A stretch of 64,000 nt of DNA from an archaeon (GCA_043823195.1 JBDRAZ010000102.1:307-64306); one strand, 5' to 3'. Counted from the stretch's first letter, positions 34,370-43,266 are shown. A program made the numbers and translations. The notes: a model not told the origin generated them from the sequence alone.

Positions 34370-36435
34370 TATGATCCTCCCTGGGCCCGCAGTTGGGCGA
34401 GACGTGCCTCTAGCTGGTCTTTTTCCTGCTGCTTCCATCGCTTCTCTATTGCGTATTGCGTAGCGTCTAACTCCTGCTGCTTTGCGGCGATCTGCTGCTG
34501 CAGCAGCTGGACCTGGTTCTGTATGTTCTGCCGGGTCGGTGCAACTATAGGCTGAGCTGGCTGAGCAGGCGCGGGCTGTCCGGGTGCCTGCTGTACTCCC
34601 TGCCCAACAACCGGCTGCAGCGCTGCCTGTGCTTGGGCGATGCCGGCCTGCGTCTGCGCAAGCTGCTGCTCCAGTTCCGCAAGCTCCTGATCCTCCAATC
34701 CCGTGAAGAGGTTGATGTCTTCCATACGCTTGGCGAACTCAAATGACTTGCGCTGGATGTTCATTATGCGCTGAGTAACGGGCTTTGTCACATGCTCATA
34801 CAGCGGGTTTGTGTTGTCTCCGTATGCGTGCTTCTGGATATCGCTGAGGTGGAGCTTATCAGCAATAATCTCAACAACTTCATTCTCGAGCACGAGTGCT
34901 GAGGTATGGTGTGTTGGATTATTAATAACCTGTTCAATAAGGCCGTTGAAGTCCTCTCCCTTGAGGTTCTTAAGCCCGATTCCCGGATGGGCCTGCACTG
35001 CCTGGGCAATCGCTGCCTCAATCCCCTGCCTTTCCTCTGTCATCACCGCTGTTCCGTGGGCAGTAAATGTCCCAAGCGCATTTGCATTCTGCTCGTCAAT
35101 GGATACGGCATTTTTGTCGGCTTTCTTCCACTTCGAGATTTTTTCACGCAACTCTTTAGCCCATTTTTTTGGCCATAGGGCAAGGAGCAGGCTGCCCAGT
35201 ACCTTCTTTTGGCCAGCCGGATCATTCAGGCGCTTCTTGTATTCGCCGATTATGCCCTTGTCCTCCTGCCACTGGTCAATGAGCCAGCCGCCGACCATCC
35301 CAACCAGGAAATACCAGAAGAAGTTGGGGTCGTCGCCGGTTATCAGGGCCTTGAGGGATTCTGCAATGGCGTAAGCAAGGCCGCCCGCAAGCATGGGGTG
35401 CTTGCCGCCGCCAAGGGAGTCCTTGAACTTGAAGTAAAGGGTGAAGAGCAGCACATAGTAGCCGTATGTTATGACCTGGTCATAGGTTGTCCCCTGGTTT
35501 ATGAGCATTGCAGCGATGTAACCAGGTATGAAGTAGTTGAGATTGAATATCCCGGAGCCTGACCCGCCGAACCCGCCGCCTCCGCTGAAGTCAACCTTGG
35601 TGAACTTGAACACCAGGAATAGGATTATGAATGCCATGAAGAAGGCAGCAAGGTTGTGCTTGTGCAGGATGCCGAAACGGTACTTGTCATCCCACTGCGA
35701 TACATCCTTTACCGGGGGCAGGACGCCCGCCATGCGCTCATTGTAGGCAATAAAGTCAGATGCGTGCGCCCTCGAATCCTGATAATTCTTATCGCCGGGC
35801 ATATACATGCCGTAATGGCCGCCGGAAATGGATTCCGACATCCTCGCGCCAAGCAGGAACTGCTCAATCCGGTAGAAGCTTCCGCGGTCCCAGACATAGA
35901 CATTCTCGCTGCAGGTATCGCCTGTTGGAACATGGATCCCGTGGGCAAAGACAACGCCGAGGATCAGGGCGACAATCCATATTGCGTAGCGCATGTTGTC
36001 GCTGCCGCCGGAATTGCTGCCCAGGTTCTTCAGCCCGAACTCATATATCAGGACAAAGAAAAACCCGATCACAAATGCATTAACCAGGGGCTTTACTGTG
36101 AAGCCCGGGCAGAGGAAGAGCCACTGTATCCTTGCACCCTCCCAGATATAGTCATGAGGATTCTTTGACAGCGCAATGGTAACTGCAACGGCCAGCCCGA
36201 ACATCACCAGGTATGCAAAGTACTGCTGTCCCCCGCTGAACTTGTCCTTGAGGAAGAAAAGGCCCAGCATAAACAGTACAGCAAATACTGCAAGATAGCT
36301 TACAACGCGCTCTTTTGATATGTAGTTGGACCTGGCCTCGCTTACCGTGGTCCTGAAGTCCAGGGCCTCGGCAGCAGAGCCGGCTATGACTAGCAAAGCC
36401 AGAATTGCCATGATCCAGACTAGCCTGTTCTTCAT
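34369..36435 (-). CDS. Large polytopic membrane protein with cytoplasmic P/Q-rich linker and C-terminal coiled coil
   Basis: The start at ATG 36435 (MKNRLVWIMAILALLVIAGSAAEA...) gives an ATGA overlap with the ATPase stop. There are more than 10 hydrophobic segments. The C-terminus reads '...QQAPGQPAPAQPAQPIVAP...QLLQQQIAAKQQELD...'. Confidence 0.6.
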   Translation of the reverse strand: MKNRLVWIMAILALLVIAGSAAEALDFRTTVSEARSNYISKERVVSYLAVFAVLFMLGLFFLKDKFSGGQQYFAYLVMFGLAVAVTIALSKNPHDYIWEGARIQWLFLCPGFTVKPLVNAFVIGFFFVLIYEFGLKNLGSNSGGSDNMRYAIWIVALILGVVFAHGIHVPTGDTCSENVYVWDRGSFYRIEQFLLGARMSESISGGHYGMYMPGDKNYQDSRAHASDFIAYNERMAGVLPPVKDVSQWDDKYRFGILHKHNLAAFFMAFIILFLVFKFTKVDFSGGGGFGGSGSGIFNLNYFIPGYIAAMLINQGTTYDQVITYGYYVLLFTLYFKFKDSLGGGKHPMLAGGLAYAIAESLKALITGDDPNFFWYFLVGMVGGWLIDQWQEDKGIIGEYKKRLNDPAGQKKVLGSLLLALWPKKWAKELREKISKWKKADKNAVSIDEQNANALGTFTAHGTAVMTEERQGIEAAIAQAVQAHPGIGLKNLKGEDFNGLIEQVINNPTHHTSALVLENEVVEIIADKLHLSDIQKHAYGDNTNPLYEHVTKPVTQRIMNIQRKSFEFAKRMEDINLFTGLEDQELAELEQQLAQTQAGIAQAQAALQPVVGQGVQQAPGQPAPAQPAQPIVAPTRQNIQNQVQLLQQQIAAKQQELDATQYAIEKRWKQQEKDQLEARLAQLRAQGGS

Positions 36436-37493
36436 GCCGGCACCTTCAGCGTCGTAATATTTGCCCTTACCCAACGGGCAAGGATCGGATCTGCAAACCT
36501 GAATTTTCCATCAATCCTCACCACAAGGTCAACGGACATCAGGCGCTCCAGCAGGCTCTTGGTAACAGGGGCGCTGCGGAAGACCTTTCGTGAAATTTCG
36601 GTAAGAGTGAGCCCCTCGAACCTTGAGAGGACATTGAGAATGGATTTCAGGAGGCCCTGGCCGCGGGCGTGCGATAGTGATGCAAGATAAATCTCTGAGA
36701 AATGCCTATAGAGCTTTGAATCGGTATCAAGGAGCTCATCAAGGAGTGCCTTCTGAACATTTTTTTCGGATTTTAATGCGTCACACAACGCAGCAATTAC
36801 AAACGGGTTTGAGGACAATTCTGTAATCTGCTGCCTTGTCTTTGCATCAGCCTTCCCAAGCTTTGATTCGATGAGTGATGCTGCCTCATCCTTGTCCAGG
36901 CCTTCGATTTTTTGAACCTGGAAATACTGCTTCAGCATTTTCTCAGACTCGGAGACAAGGCTTGATGTTACAACATATTTCACACCCGAATTGAAATTCA
37001 TGAGCTTCAGAAAATCGCCGACCTGGGAATAGTTGTTGAGGTCAAACAGATTCTCAAAGTCATCTATAACCATCAGCACTTTCCTGTCCAGCAGGCCGGG
37101 GAAGCCGAAAGCCTGGCGAAGGATGAGATTCTGGTCAGGCTTGATCTTCTGCAGCTCGTTTGCAATGGTGTCCAAAGCCTGGGCTGCAGGAGATGTCAAT
37201 CTGCTTTTCAGCGAGAGGAGAAAGCCCAGATCAAGATAGCTTGCGTAGTCGCCCTTATAGAACGAGTAAAGGGTGTTGCCGATGACTTCAATTGCAAGAT
37301 TCTCTGGCGAGATGCTCAGTCTGTCACCGGCAACATATACGGGTACCTCTCTTTCCCCGGATCGTGAGATAATCTGCCGGAGCAGCCACGTCTTCCCTAT
37401 CCTTCGACTACCCAGTATGGCGACGTGGCCCTTTTTCAGAAGCAATTCTATTTCCGACAGATATCTCAAGGCTGGCCCCTTTTTTGCATGCAT
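36432..37493 (-). CDS. Arch_ATPase-family (PF01637-like) AAA ATPase with C-terminal winged helix
   Basis: Walker A 'ILGSRRIGKTWLL', Walker B 'LMVIDDFENL'. C-terminal 'LTLTEISRKVFRSAPVTKSLLERLMSVDLV' wHTH. Confidence 0.75.
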   Translation of the reverse strand: MHAKKGPALRYLSEIELLLKKGHVAILGSRRIGKTWLLRQIISRSGEREVPVYVAGDRLSISPENLAIEVIGNTLYSFYKGDYASYLDLGFLLSLKSRLTSPAAQALDTIANELQKIKPDQNLILRQAFGFPGLLDRKVLMVIDDFENLFDLNNYSQVGDFLKLMNFNSGVKYVVTSSLVSESEKMLKQYFQVQKIEGLDKDEAASLIESKLGKADAKTRQQITELSSNPFVIAALCDALKSEKNVQKALLDELLDTDSKLYRHFSEIYLASLSHARGQGLLKSILNVLSRFEGLTLTEISRKVFRSAPVTKSLLERLMSVDLVVRIDGKFRFADPILARWVRANITTLKVPA

Positions 37494-37496
37494 GTT

Positions 37497-37651
37497 ATAC
37501 CAATTGGTATATATGCCAAAAGGTACAATAGTATTTAAAATTTACTAAATGGATTATACCATTTGGCATATAGTCCGTATGGAATAGAACTAGTATTTAA
37601 ACCTTGTTGTTATGCCAATGGGAATATATACCAGATGGCATAGTATATAAA
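37497..37651. repeat. Three tandem ~56-59-bp modules, each with two 14-bp dyads (ATRCC-N4-GGYAT) in 16-nt register plus a TAGTATWTAAA box
   Basis: Dyad positions:
- 37497-37510 (ATACCAATTGGTAT, a perfect palindrome)
- 37513-37526
- 37556-37569
- 37572-37585 (degenerate)
- 37612-37625
- 37628-37641

TAGTAT(T/A)TAAA boxes lie at 37529-37539, 37591-37601 and 37641-37651. The array starts 4 nt upstream of the ATPase start codon. Confidence 0.7.
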
Positions 37652-37818
37652 TGTTATGGAGACATCTGCAGATTAAGGGTGGGCTGCGGGGCATTTCGGA
37701 GAAGATAGCGGCGTTTTGACGCGCAAGGCAAGGAAAGATTGCACTCAAACATCACAGAATCCGGCAGACTGGATGCAACAAAACCTGAACTCCCGGCAAG
37801 TCAGACAATATCAGAATT

Positions 37819-38079
37819 CTACTCAATAGTGACCCTTGCACCAATGCTCTGGCCCGGCATGCCCTTTTCAAAAACGACCTTCAGTGCACCGCTGTTGCCG
37901 TGTGCACCGGTAACCTTTCCGGTTATCTTGACCGGCTCCTTTCCGGAAGACTTCCATGTAACAGTCTTACCCACCAGCTCCCTGGCCTTTTCCCTGCTTT
38001 CCGCACCGGCAATAACAATCATCTGGTTGTCATTCTGGGTGTGCCGTGACTGCCTGAAATGAGCAATTGTTGCTTCCAT
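37819..38079 (-). CDS. rpl35ae: 50S ribosomal protein L35Ae
   Basis: The 86-aa product from ATG 38079 is 'MEATIAHFRQSRHTQNDNQMIVIAGAESREKARELVGKTVTWKS...GALKVVFEKGMPGQSIGARVTIE', typical in length and pattern. The N-terminal 61 aa of the listed 147-aa ORF overlap the Bud32 gene and are probably not translated. Confidence 0.75.
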   Translation of the reverse strand: MEATIAHFRQSRHTQNDNQMIVIAGAESREKARELVGKTVTWKSSGKEPVKITGKVTGAHGNSGALKVVFEKGMPGQSIGARVTIE

Positions 38080-38119
38080 GCGACTGAGAAATCCGATTTG
38101 ATTTAAAAATGTTTTGGAT

Positions 38120-38719
38120 TTAATGCTTGCCCTTGTTCCTGCCACGGGCCTCGACAGTCTGGAATCGCCTGAGTATTTCAGGGCAATTCTCGGCTGTGCT
38201 TTTGTAGCCAGCCAGGACAGAATCAAAGGCTTCTTCCCAGATTGTGTAATGCTTTGACTCAAGGGCCTGCCTCAGGAGATGAAGATCAACTGCCTTGTCC
38301 TCGATTTTTTCTGAAAAGAAACCCAGGCCGAAATCAATGAAGTACACCTCGCCTTTTAGGATCATGTTAGATGTTGTAAGGTCGCCGTGGATGATACCCA
38401 TGTTGTGCAATAGGGCCACTTTCTTTCCGATCTCAGAACAGAGTGTCCTGCAGCTGCTCTTTTCTAGAATGTCGCGAATCTTATCACCGTCAATAAAATC
38501 CATGCTGATAGTCATCTTTTTCTCATCTGAACCTAGAGGGCGCGGTGCGGGAAAACCCGCCTTTGAAAGCCTGTCCAGTATCTTTGCCTCCCTCCTTGTG
38601 CGGGATTTTCTTAAGGGAACATCTATCTCAGGAATACGGTACTTTTTCGGTATCCGCTCCTTTACTATGTTTCCATCAAGGTAGATTACTGCCTCTGCGC
38701 CTGATGCAATCTGTTTCAT
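38120..38719 (-). CDS. bud32: Bud32 (Kae1-associated) atypical protein kinase
   Basis: 'GAEAVIY', 'RTRREAKILDRL', catalytic 'IIHGDLTTSNMIL' and 'YFIDFGLGF'. 199 aa. Confidence 0.85.
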   Translation of the reverse strand: MKQIASGAEAVIYLDGNIVKERIPKKYRIPEIDVPLRKSRTRREAKILDRLSKAGFPAPRPLGSDEKKMTISMDFIDGDKIRDILEKSSCRTLCSEIGKKVALLHNMGIIHGDLTTSNMILKGEVYFIDFGLGFFSEKIEDKAVDLHLLRQALESKHYTIWEEAFDSVLAGYKSTAENCPEILRRFQTVEARGRNKGKH

Positions 38720-38835
38720 GCAGTAAAGTAAGGCAAGGTACTATAAAAAGATTACATTTGTGAGAAAATTACGGAATTCGCAGCGACACTATTGTGGAAT
38801 ATACGCACTTGTGGTCAAATATAATAAGAGCCCAT

Positions 38836-38848
38836 CGTAATTATTACG
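38836..38848. promoter_or_regulatory. Palindromic operator candidate CGTAAT-T-ATTACG, 7 nt downstream of a TATA-like box
   Basis: Perfect 6-1-6 inverted repeat. TATA-like AAATATAATAA at 38818-38828. It lies 48 nt upstream of the PFK-like gene start. Confidence 0.55.
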
Positions 38849-38895
38849 TGTATCCCGAAAAGGGGTAACCAAGAAATCCGAGGAGGTCGAGTAAC

Positions 38896-40293
38896 ATGAG
38901 GCGAGTGGTTGTTGCTGTATGCGGTGGAGGAGGCAATGGCGCTAATGACGTTATGTATGCAATGGTCAGGTCACTTGGAAGGGGCTATGAGATCATTGGA
39001 GTCAAAAAGGCGTTTGAGGGTCTGCTCAGCCCAAATCTTGAAGCGGGGGGAATCGCAGTCAGGCTTACCCCCGAAGACCTCAGGCAGAGGATTTTCGATG
39101 AAGGGTCGATCCTCGGTCTGTCTCGTGAGCCGCCATATTTACGCGGAAAAGCAGAGGGAGATGAGCAAAGCGAATCGCAGACCCTCGATTCAATGCTGCT
39201 GGAGAGATTCCAACATAAGAAAGCGCAGCTGATGGGGGCGAACAACGGAGTTTCTGTGCGCAGGCTCAATAACAAAGAGAGAATCGAAAGAATCAGGCAT
39301 AATCTCCTCGACGTGCTTAAGGCCAACCTGTTCACTGTCATCGGGGGTGATGGAACCTACAGGAGCCTGGGAGAGTTCTTCAGTGACCCCGATGGCGCAT
39401 GGCTTGAGCGAATGACAATAGGCTGTCCAAACATAATGGATAATGATATTGCCTCGATGACCATGTTCGGCCAGACAGCCGCAAATCTATCACCGGGATA
39501 TTCATCCGCAGCCACTAAGCTGCTGAGATTCCATGAAAACCTCGTAAGCGTTGCACGGAACCATCAGAGGGTAATCCTACACGAAACATTCGGACGGCAC
39601 TGGGGCTGGGCAACAGCCATCCTGGACCTCGCCAATGCATCAAGCCTGGCCCTTCCGGAAAAGCCGTTTACATTCGATACGCTTGATGAACTGGCCAGGC
39701 GGATTGTGCACAATTACAGGACCTTTGGCTATGACACGGTAGGGATCGCCGAGGGATTGAGGTTCGGCAGGGATGTAGTTGATGTTGTAAAGAACATCCT
39801 TCCAGGCTACAAGTATTTCATGGAGACAGACGGATACTGCAGGGTTGGGCCTGCCCTGGGCCCGAATTCAAGAAAGCTTGGCGGAGCGGGCTACGTTGTT
39901 GAGAAGCTTCTCAATATGATGCTCGGTGACGAGATACCCATCAGGGTTGTGGCATCCAACTATACGCCAAGAGAAAAGGATCCCACGACCGGACTGGCAA
40001 TCAACCCCTATGATTTTAAATTCTGCTATGCTGCGGGTGAGTGTGTTGCAGGGATGGTGCGAGAGGAAATGGTCGGATTTATGCCACGGCTTGCCTCTGT
40101 CGTGGATTACCGGGGAATCAGGCCAGCAGCATTTGAGCAGTTTATGATTCGCGACACCCACCAGTCAGGCATTCCGGACGGGTTCCTGCCTGCAGGTCCA
40201 GTCTCACTGGAGGTCAAGCCGGTTTTCACTGATTATGTACGCATGATTACAGAAGGGCCAAGAAGGCCGGAGACTAAGATACTAGGCAGCTAG
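38896..40293 (+). CDS. Phosphofructokinase-family (PF00365-like) protein, paralog 1
   Basis: 'VIGGDGTYRS' (GGDG), 'GCPNIMDNDI' (TIDND-like) and 'HETFGRHWGW' (MGR-like). The N-terminal GGDAPG motif is degenerate ('CGGGGNGAND'). There is a ~60-aa charged insertion before GGDG. Confidence 0.7.
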   Translation: MRRVVVAVCGGGGNGANDVMYAMVRSLGRGYEIIGVKKAFEGLLSPNLEAGGIAVRLTPEDLRQRIFDEGSILGLSREPPYLRGKAEGDEQSESQTLDSMLLERFQHKKAQLMGANNGVSVRRLNNKERIERIRHNLLDVLKANLFTVIGGDGTYRSLGEFFSDPDGAWLERMTIGCPNIMDNDIASMTMFGQTAANLSPGYSSAATKLLRFHENLVSVARNHQRVILHETFGRHWGWATAILDLANASSLALPEKPFTFDTLDELARRIVHNYRTFGYDTVGIAEGLRFGRDVVDVVKNILPGYKYFMETDGYCRVGPALGPNSRKLGGAGYVVEKLLNMMLGDEIPIRVVASNYTPREKDPTTGLAINPYDFKFCYAAGECVAGMVREEMVGFMPRLASVVDYRGIRPAAFEQFMIRDTHQSGIPDGFLPAGPVSLEVKPVFTDYVRMITEGPRRPETKILGS

Positions 40294-40296
40294 ACC

Positions 40297-43266
40297 ATGA
40301 GGGATCTTGAATTTTTCGAGAGGTTATTTTCAGCAGGGAGATATGATGACCCTGCAAAGATTGAGGTCCTTTTAGATGTGATGTTCGGCGATGCCGGAGC
40401 ATATTTTGATCAGTTCAGCAAGTCATGTGAGTTCGAAATTGATCCGGGCAGATCCCTTGAGGATCTGCTCAGATCCGGTGAAACCGGGCTACTCACCCAC
40501 CTGCTGGGTAGCATGGAAAGAGAGCCGGCACAGGTGCAACGGGCTTTAAGAACGGTTCTTGGGCTGGCTGAGACATATGCCAGGAACACCTGGAAACTGT
40601 ATCCTGAATCAGAGTACTTTGAACGGGCTTTTGCCGTTACCGGCGACCTTCTGAAAATATTTCCAGGAGTGATGAGCCTGCGCAGGAATTATGCGGACTT
40701 CCATCTGCGCAAAGGCGACCTGGATGAGCACAGACGCCAGGAAAAAATAGGCATGCAATATTGCGCGGACTTTGACCAACGTGACTACCACGAAACATTT
40801 GGCAGGATCGGTCCATTATCCCATGGGGAGTTCATCACCTGCGCATGCGATGACCTTGAAATATTCTGCCATATCGTAGATCTTGTTTTGTTTGCCGGAT
40901 ATTTCAATGATGCGGACGTGGTCGCATCACACCGCAGGCTGGAGCAGACAAGGCTTGAATCTGAGCAACTCCAGGCACGAAGCGCAAGACCTTATTCAAG
41001 AATCACAGACCGGCTTGCATCTGAAGCTGAGGCTGTGAGAAGTGAAAGATGCATGGCAATCAGCGACAGGGACGGGCTAAACGGCAGGCTGTCGCCCCAC
41101 AGACGAATAGAGATAATTGATTTCATAAGAAAAGAATATCTGCAGAACCTGGCCAACATACAGGGATTGCATGAGCAGCTGCCGAAGTTATTCAGCCACA
41201 TGGACCCGCGGCTCGATGCGTTGGTGTTCAGGGAGGGGGTGGAACTGGGCTTAAGGCCGGCCGCTGAAACCGTAGGCATTATTGAGTCTCTCAGCCTAAA
41301 TCTTTCCAGTATGTACGAAAGAACAGACAGAAAAAGAAGGCACAGAATAATCCGGCGGTTCCCTACACTCCAAGGCATGTCAGTTGCGGCAAGCCAGCTC
41401 TCCAGAGATCACCAGCACCTGGGTAAAGACGAGGTCAGGCTCGTGCTGGATGGTGTCCATTCGGGCTGGGATCCTGAAGACATCGGATTCGGACTGCAGT
41501 TCTACCGCAGCAACAGAGGCGTGGAAGGGCCGGTTGACAGTGTGACTACCTTCCTTTCAACAGTAGAAAAATACCGGGCAGAAAGGACAATCCTCCATGG
41601 GCTTGAGGCACTCGGAGACAATGTTGACCTGTACTTAAGCTACTTTGAGCCCAGAAGGCTGGACTACATCCTTGGGCTCAAGGATAAGGGCCACTCCACC
41701 CGTGACAAAGTGCATTTAGTACTTGCCCAGAACAGGGTAAAACAGCTTCTTGGCCTAAAGGAGTATTGCAGGATGATTTCTTCTCTGCTCGGAAAGGACA
41801 GAGCAGACCAGGACTTTTTTTCAAGGCTCTGTGCAGACGGTGAGATCAGCAGCGAGTCCCTTGGATCCATACGCAGATTTGTTTCTGATTTTAACATTGA
41901 AGACATACCGGTCCATGAGCACGAGATACCCATTGACTCAACAAATCCGGTTTACAGGATTGATATACAGCTGGGAAATGCAGGGACGCTAACAACACTG
42001 GCAAAGTTCTATGACATGAGGCATATGGGCACAGACGATGATTCCTTTGAATCTGAAAGAGCCATTACCAAATTCTTTGAATATGAGCTTGAAAAGGAGT
42101 TTGGTGTCAGTACAGCGCACTCGCTTACCCACGACAGCAGCAGCATTGGTGTCCAGGCCAAAGACGGAATGCGCTACAGGGTCAATATGTGGCACTTCTT
42201 TGACGGCGAATGCCTGTACAACAGACTTAACGGATGGCAGGGCAACAGAACAAAGCCAATGCTTGCTACAGAGAAAAGGGAATGCCTGATACAGGGAATA
42301 GATCAGCTGGCACTCATCCATTCAAGGGGCCTTAGCATCGGACATACTCCAACAACCAGGGCCATAGTTCTTGAGGATGTTGTTGCCAATAACCCCGATT
42401 ATTTCACGGGCAGGGCAGGAAGCACCTTCATCGGACAGTTTGAGCGGCATCTTGGCATAGAGGTTGATGCATCCGTGAGAAATGGAATCCGCAACAACTA
42501 CGGGCGGGTTAATGAGGCCCTATCGGTTGAGGCTGCAACGGATCCCGGCTATTACAAGGATGCCTCACCCAGAAACGACATGATTGTTGCAGGCAGGCTC
42601 ATTCCCGTGGATTTTGAGAGCAGAAGAAGGCTCGGCTGCGTTGTTGACCTTGTCAGCAAGCTTGAATGCGGCAAAGATTATGAGACAGATGAAGCACTGG
42701 ACCATGGACCCGAATATCTGACAGAGGTTGAGAAGCAAAACCTCATTGACCGCTATCTGCTGAAGAAAGCACAGCTAAGATTAAAGTATGACATCGAATG
42801 CCTTGGCTATGCGGTTCACCCGGCCAGCGGGGAGATTATCCCGGTAGACCAACAGGACGAGTACCTGGCATGCCTAAGACTTCTTCTGGAAAAAATTGAT
42901 ATCACCACGCCAGACCTCTATCATGGCGACCCCTGTTATTCAATGTTCGTATCTGATGAAAGAAGGAGAACACTGTCCCATATGTACAGGAGCTACGCAA
43001 GGCTTCACAGGCACCTTGAGTATATCGGATACAGTGCAAGAGATATAGACAAATCACTGCAGGATCATGACCGGGCAAGAATTGAAATAAACAAGCGGTG
43101 CCTCAGTTACCACTACCACGCAGCCATGGCGGGGCTTGAGGCTGCACTTGAACTGGATCCCTGCCCCCAGACGGCTGAACTGAAGAAATTCCTGACTGCC
43201 TTTGGCGACAAATACTGCAATGATGCGGTAATACGGAACGTCATTGACGGGAGGCTTGCTGCCTAG
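40297..43266 (+). CDS. 989-aa protein: ~540-aa helical N-domain of unknown function plus C-terminal protein-kinase-like/APH-like phosphotransferase domain
   Basis: 'LAKFYD' (beta3 Lys-like), 'SERAITKFFEYEL', catalytic-loop-like 'YYKDASPRNDMI' and 'IPVDFES' (DFG-equivalent). It starts 4 nt after the PFK-like stop. Full-length paralog of 45854..48553. Confidence 0.6.
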   Translation: MRDLEFFERLFSAGRYDDPAKIEVLLDVMFGDAGAYFDQFSKSCEFEIDPGRSLEDLLRSGETGLLTHLLGSMEREPAQVQRALRTVLGLAETYARNTWKLYPESEYFERAFAVTGDLLKIFPGVMSLRRNYADFHLRKGDLDEHRRQEKIGMQYCADFDQRDYHETFGRIGPLSHGEFITCACDDLEIFCHIVDLVLFAGYFNDADVVASHRRLEQTRLESEQLQARSARPYSRITDRLASEAEAVRSERCMAISDRDGLNGRLSPHRRIEIIDFIRKEYLQNLANIQGLHEQLPKLFSHMDPRLDALVFREGVELGLRPAAETVGIIESLSLNLSSMYERTDRKRRHRIIRRFPTLQGMSVAASQLSRDHQHLGKDEVRLVLDGVHSGWDPEDIGFGLQFYRSNRGVEGPVDSVTTFLSTVEKYRAERTILHGLEALGDNVDLYLSYFEPRRLDYILGLKDKGHSTRDKVHLVLAQNRVKQLLGLKEYCRMISSLLGKDRADQDFFSRLCADGEISSESLGSIRRFVSDFNIEDIPVHEHEIPIDSTNPVYRIDIQLGNAGTLTTLAKFYDMRHMGTDDDSFESERAITKFFEYELEKEFGVSTAHSLTHDSSSIGVQAKDGMRYRVNMWHFFDGECLYNRLNGWQGNRTKPMLATEKRECLIQGIDQLALIHSRGLSIGHTPTTRAIVLEDVVANNPDYFTGRAGSTFIGQFERHLGIEVDASVRNGIRNNYGRVNEALSVEAATDPGYYKDASPRNDMIVAGRLIPVDFESRRRLGCVVDLVSKLECGKDYETDEALDHGPEYLTEVEKQNLIDRYLLKKAQLRLKYDIECLGYAVHPASGEIIPVDQQDEYLACLRLLLEKIDITTPDLYHGDPCYSMFVSDERRRTLSHMYRSYARLHRHLEYIGYSARDIDKSLQDHDRARIEINKRCLSYHYHAAMAGLEAALELDPCPQTAELKKFLTAFGDKYCNDAVIRNVIDGRLAA

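Noticed and set aside
16068-37493. Integrated virus or mobile element next to tRNA-Pro as an explanation for the orphan gene cluster.
   Set aside because: I found no integrase, recombinase, capsid-like or packaging ATPase gene. I could not find by eye a direct repeat of the tRNA 3' end. Housekeeping genes (S2P, L40e, aIF5A, FAD oxidoreductase) lie between the tRNA and the cluster.
37497-37651. Possibility that the three ~58-bp tandem units are a mini CRISPR array.
   Set aside because: The units are imperfect. They consist of paired dyads plus TATA-like boxes rather than identical repeats separated by unique spacers. No cas genes or leader are present in the window.
32677-37660. Replication origin hypothesis: the AT-rich block at 32.7-32.9 kb as an unwinding element, and TNCCA-N-TGGNA dyads at 37.5 kb as ORB-like boxes.
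   Set aside because: No orc1/cdc6, mcm or other replication gene is in or next to these regions. The adjacent ATPase has Arch_ATPase motifs (GSRRIGKT), not Orc1/Cdc6 motifs. Both regions are equally well explained as promoter/operator regions. I keep this only as a minor alternative in the findings.
37652-37818. Possible C/D-box sRNA downstream of L35Ae (GTGATGT and CTGA elements on the minus strand).
   Set aside because: The box order is wrong: the CTGA elements lie 5' of the only C-box-like element. No terminal stem or C'/D' pair could be identified.
37819-38262. The 147-aa version of the L35Ae ORF and the overlapping plus-strand ORF 37739-38062.
   Set aside because: L35Ae proteins are ~85-90 aa. 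The upstream 61 codons overlap the 3' end of the Bud32 gene, and an internal ATG (38079) with a TTTTTAAAT box upstream gives the expected protein. The plus-strand ORF is a shadow of L35Ae.
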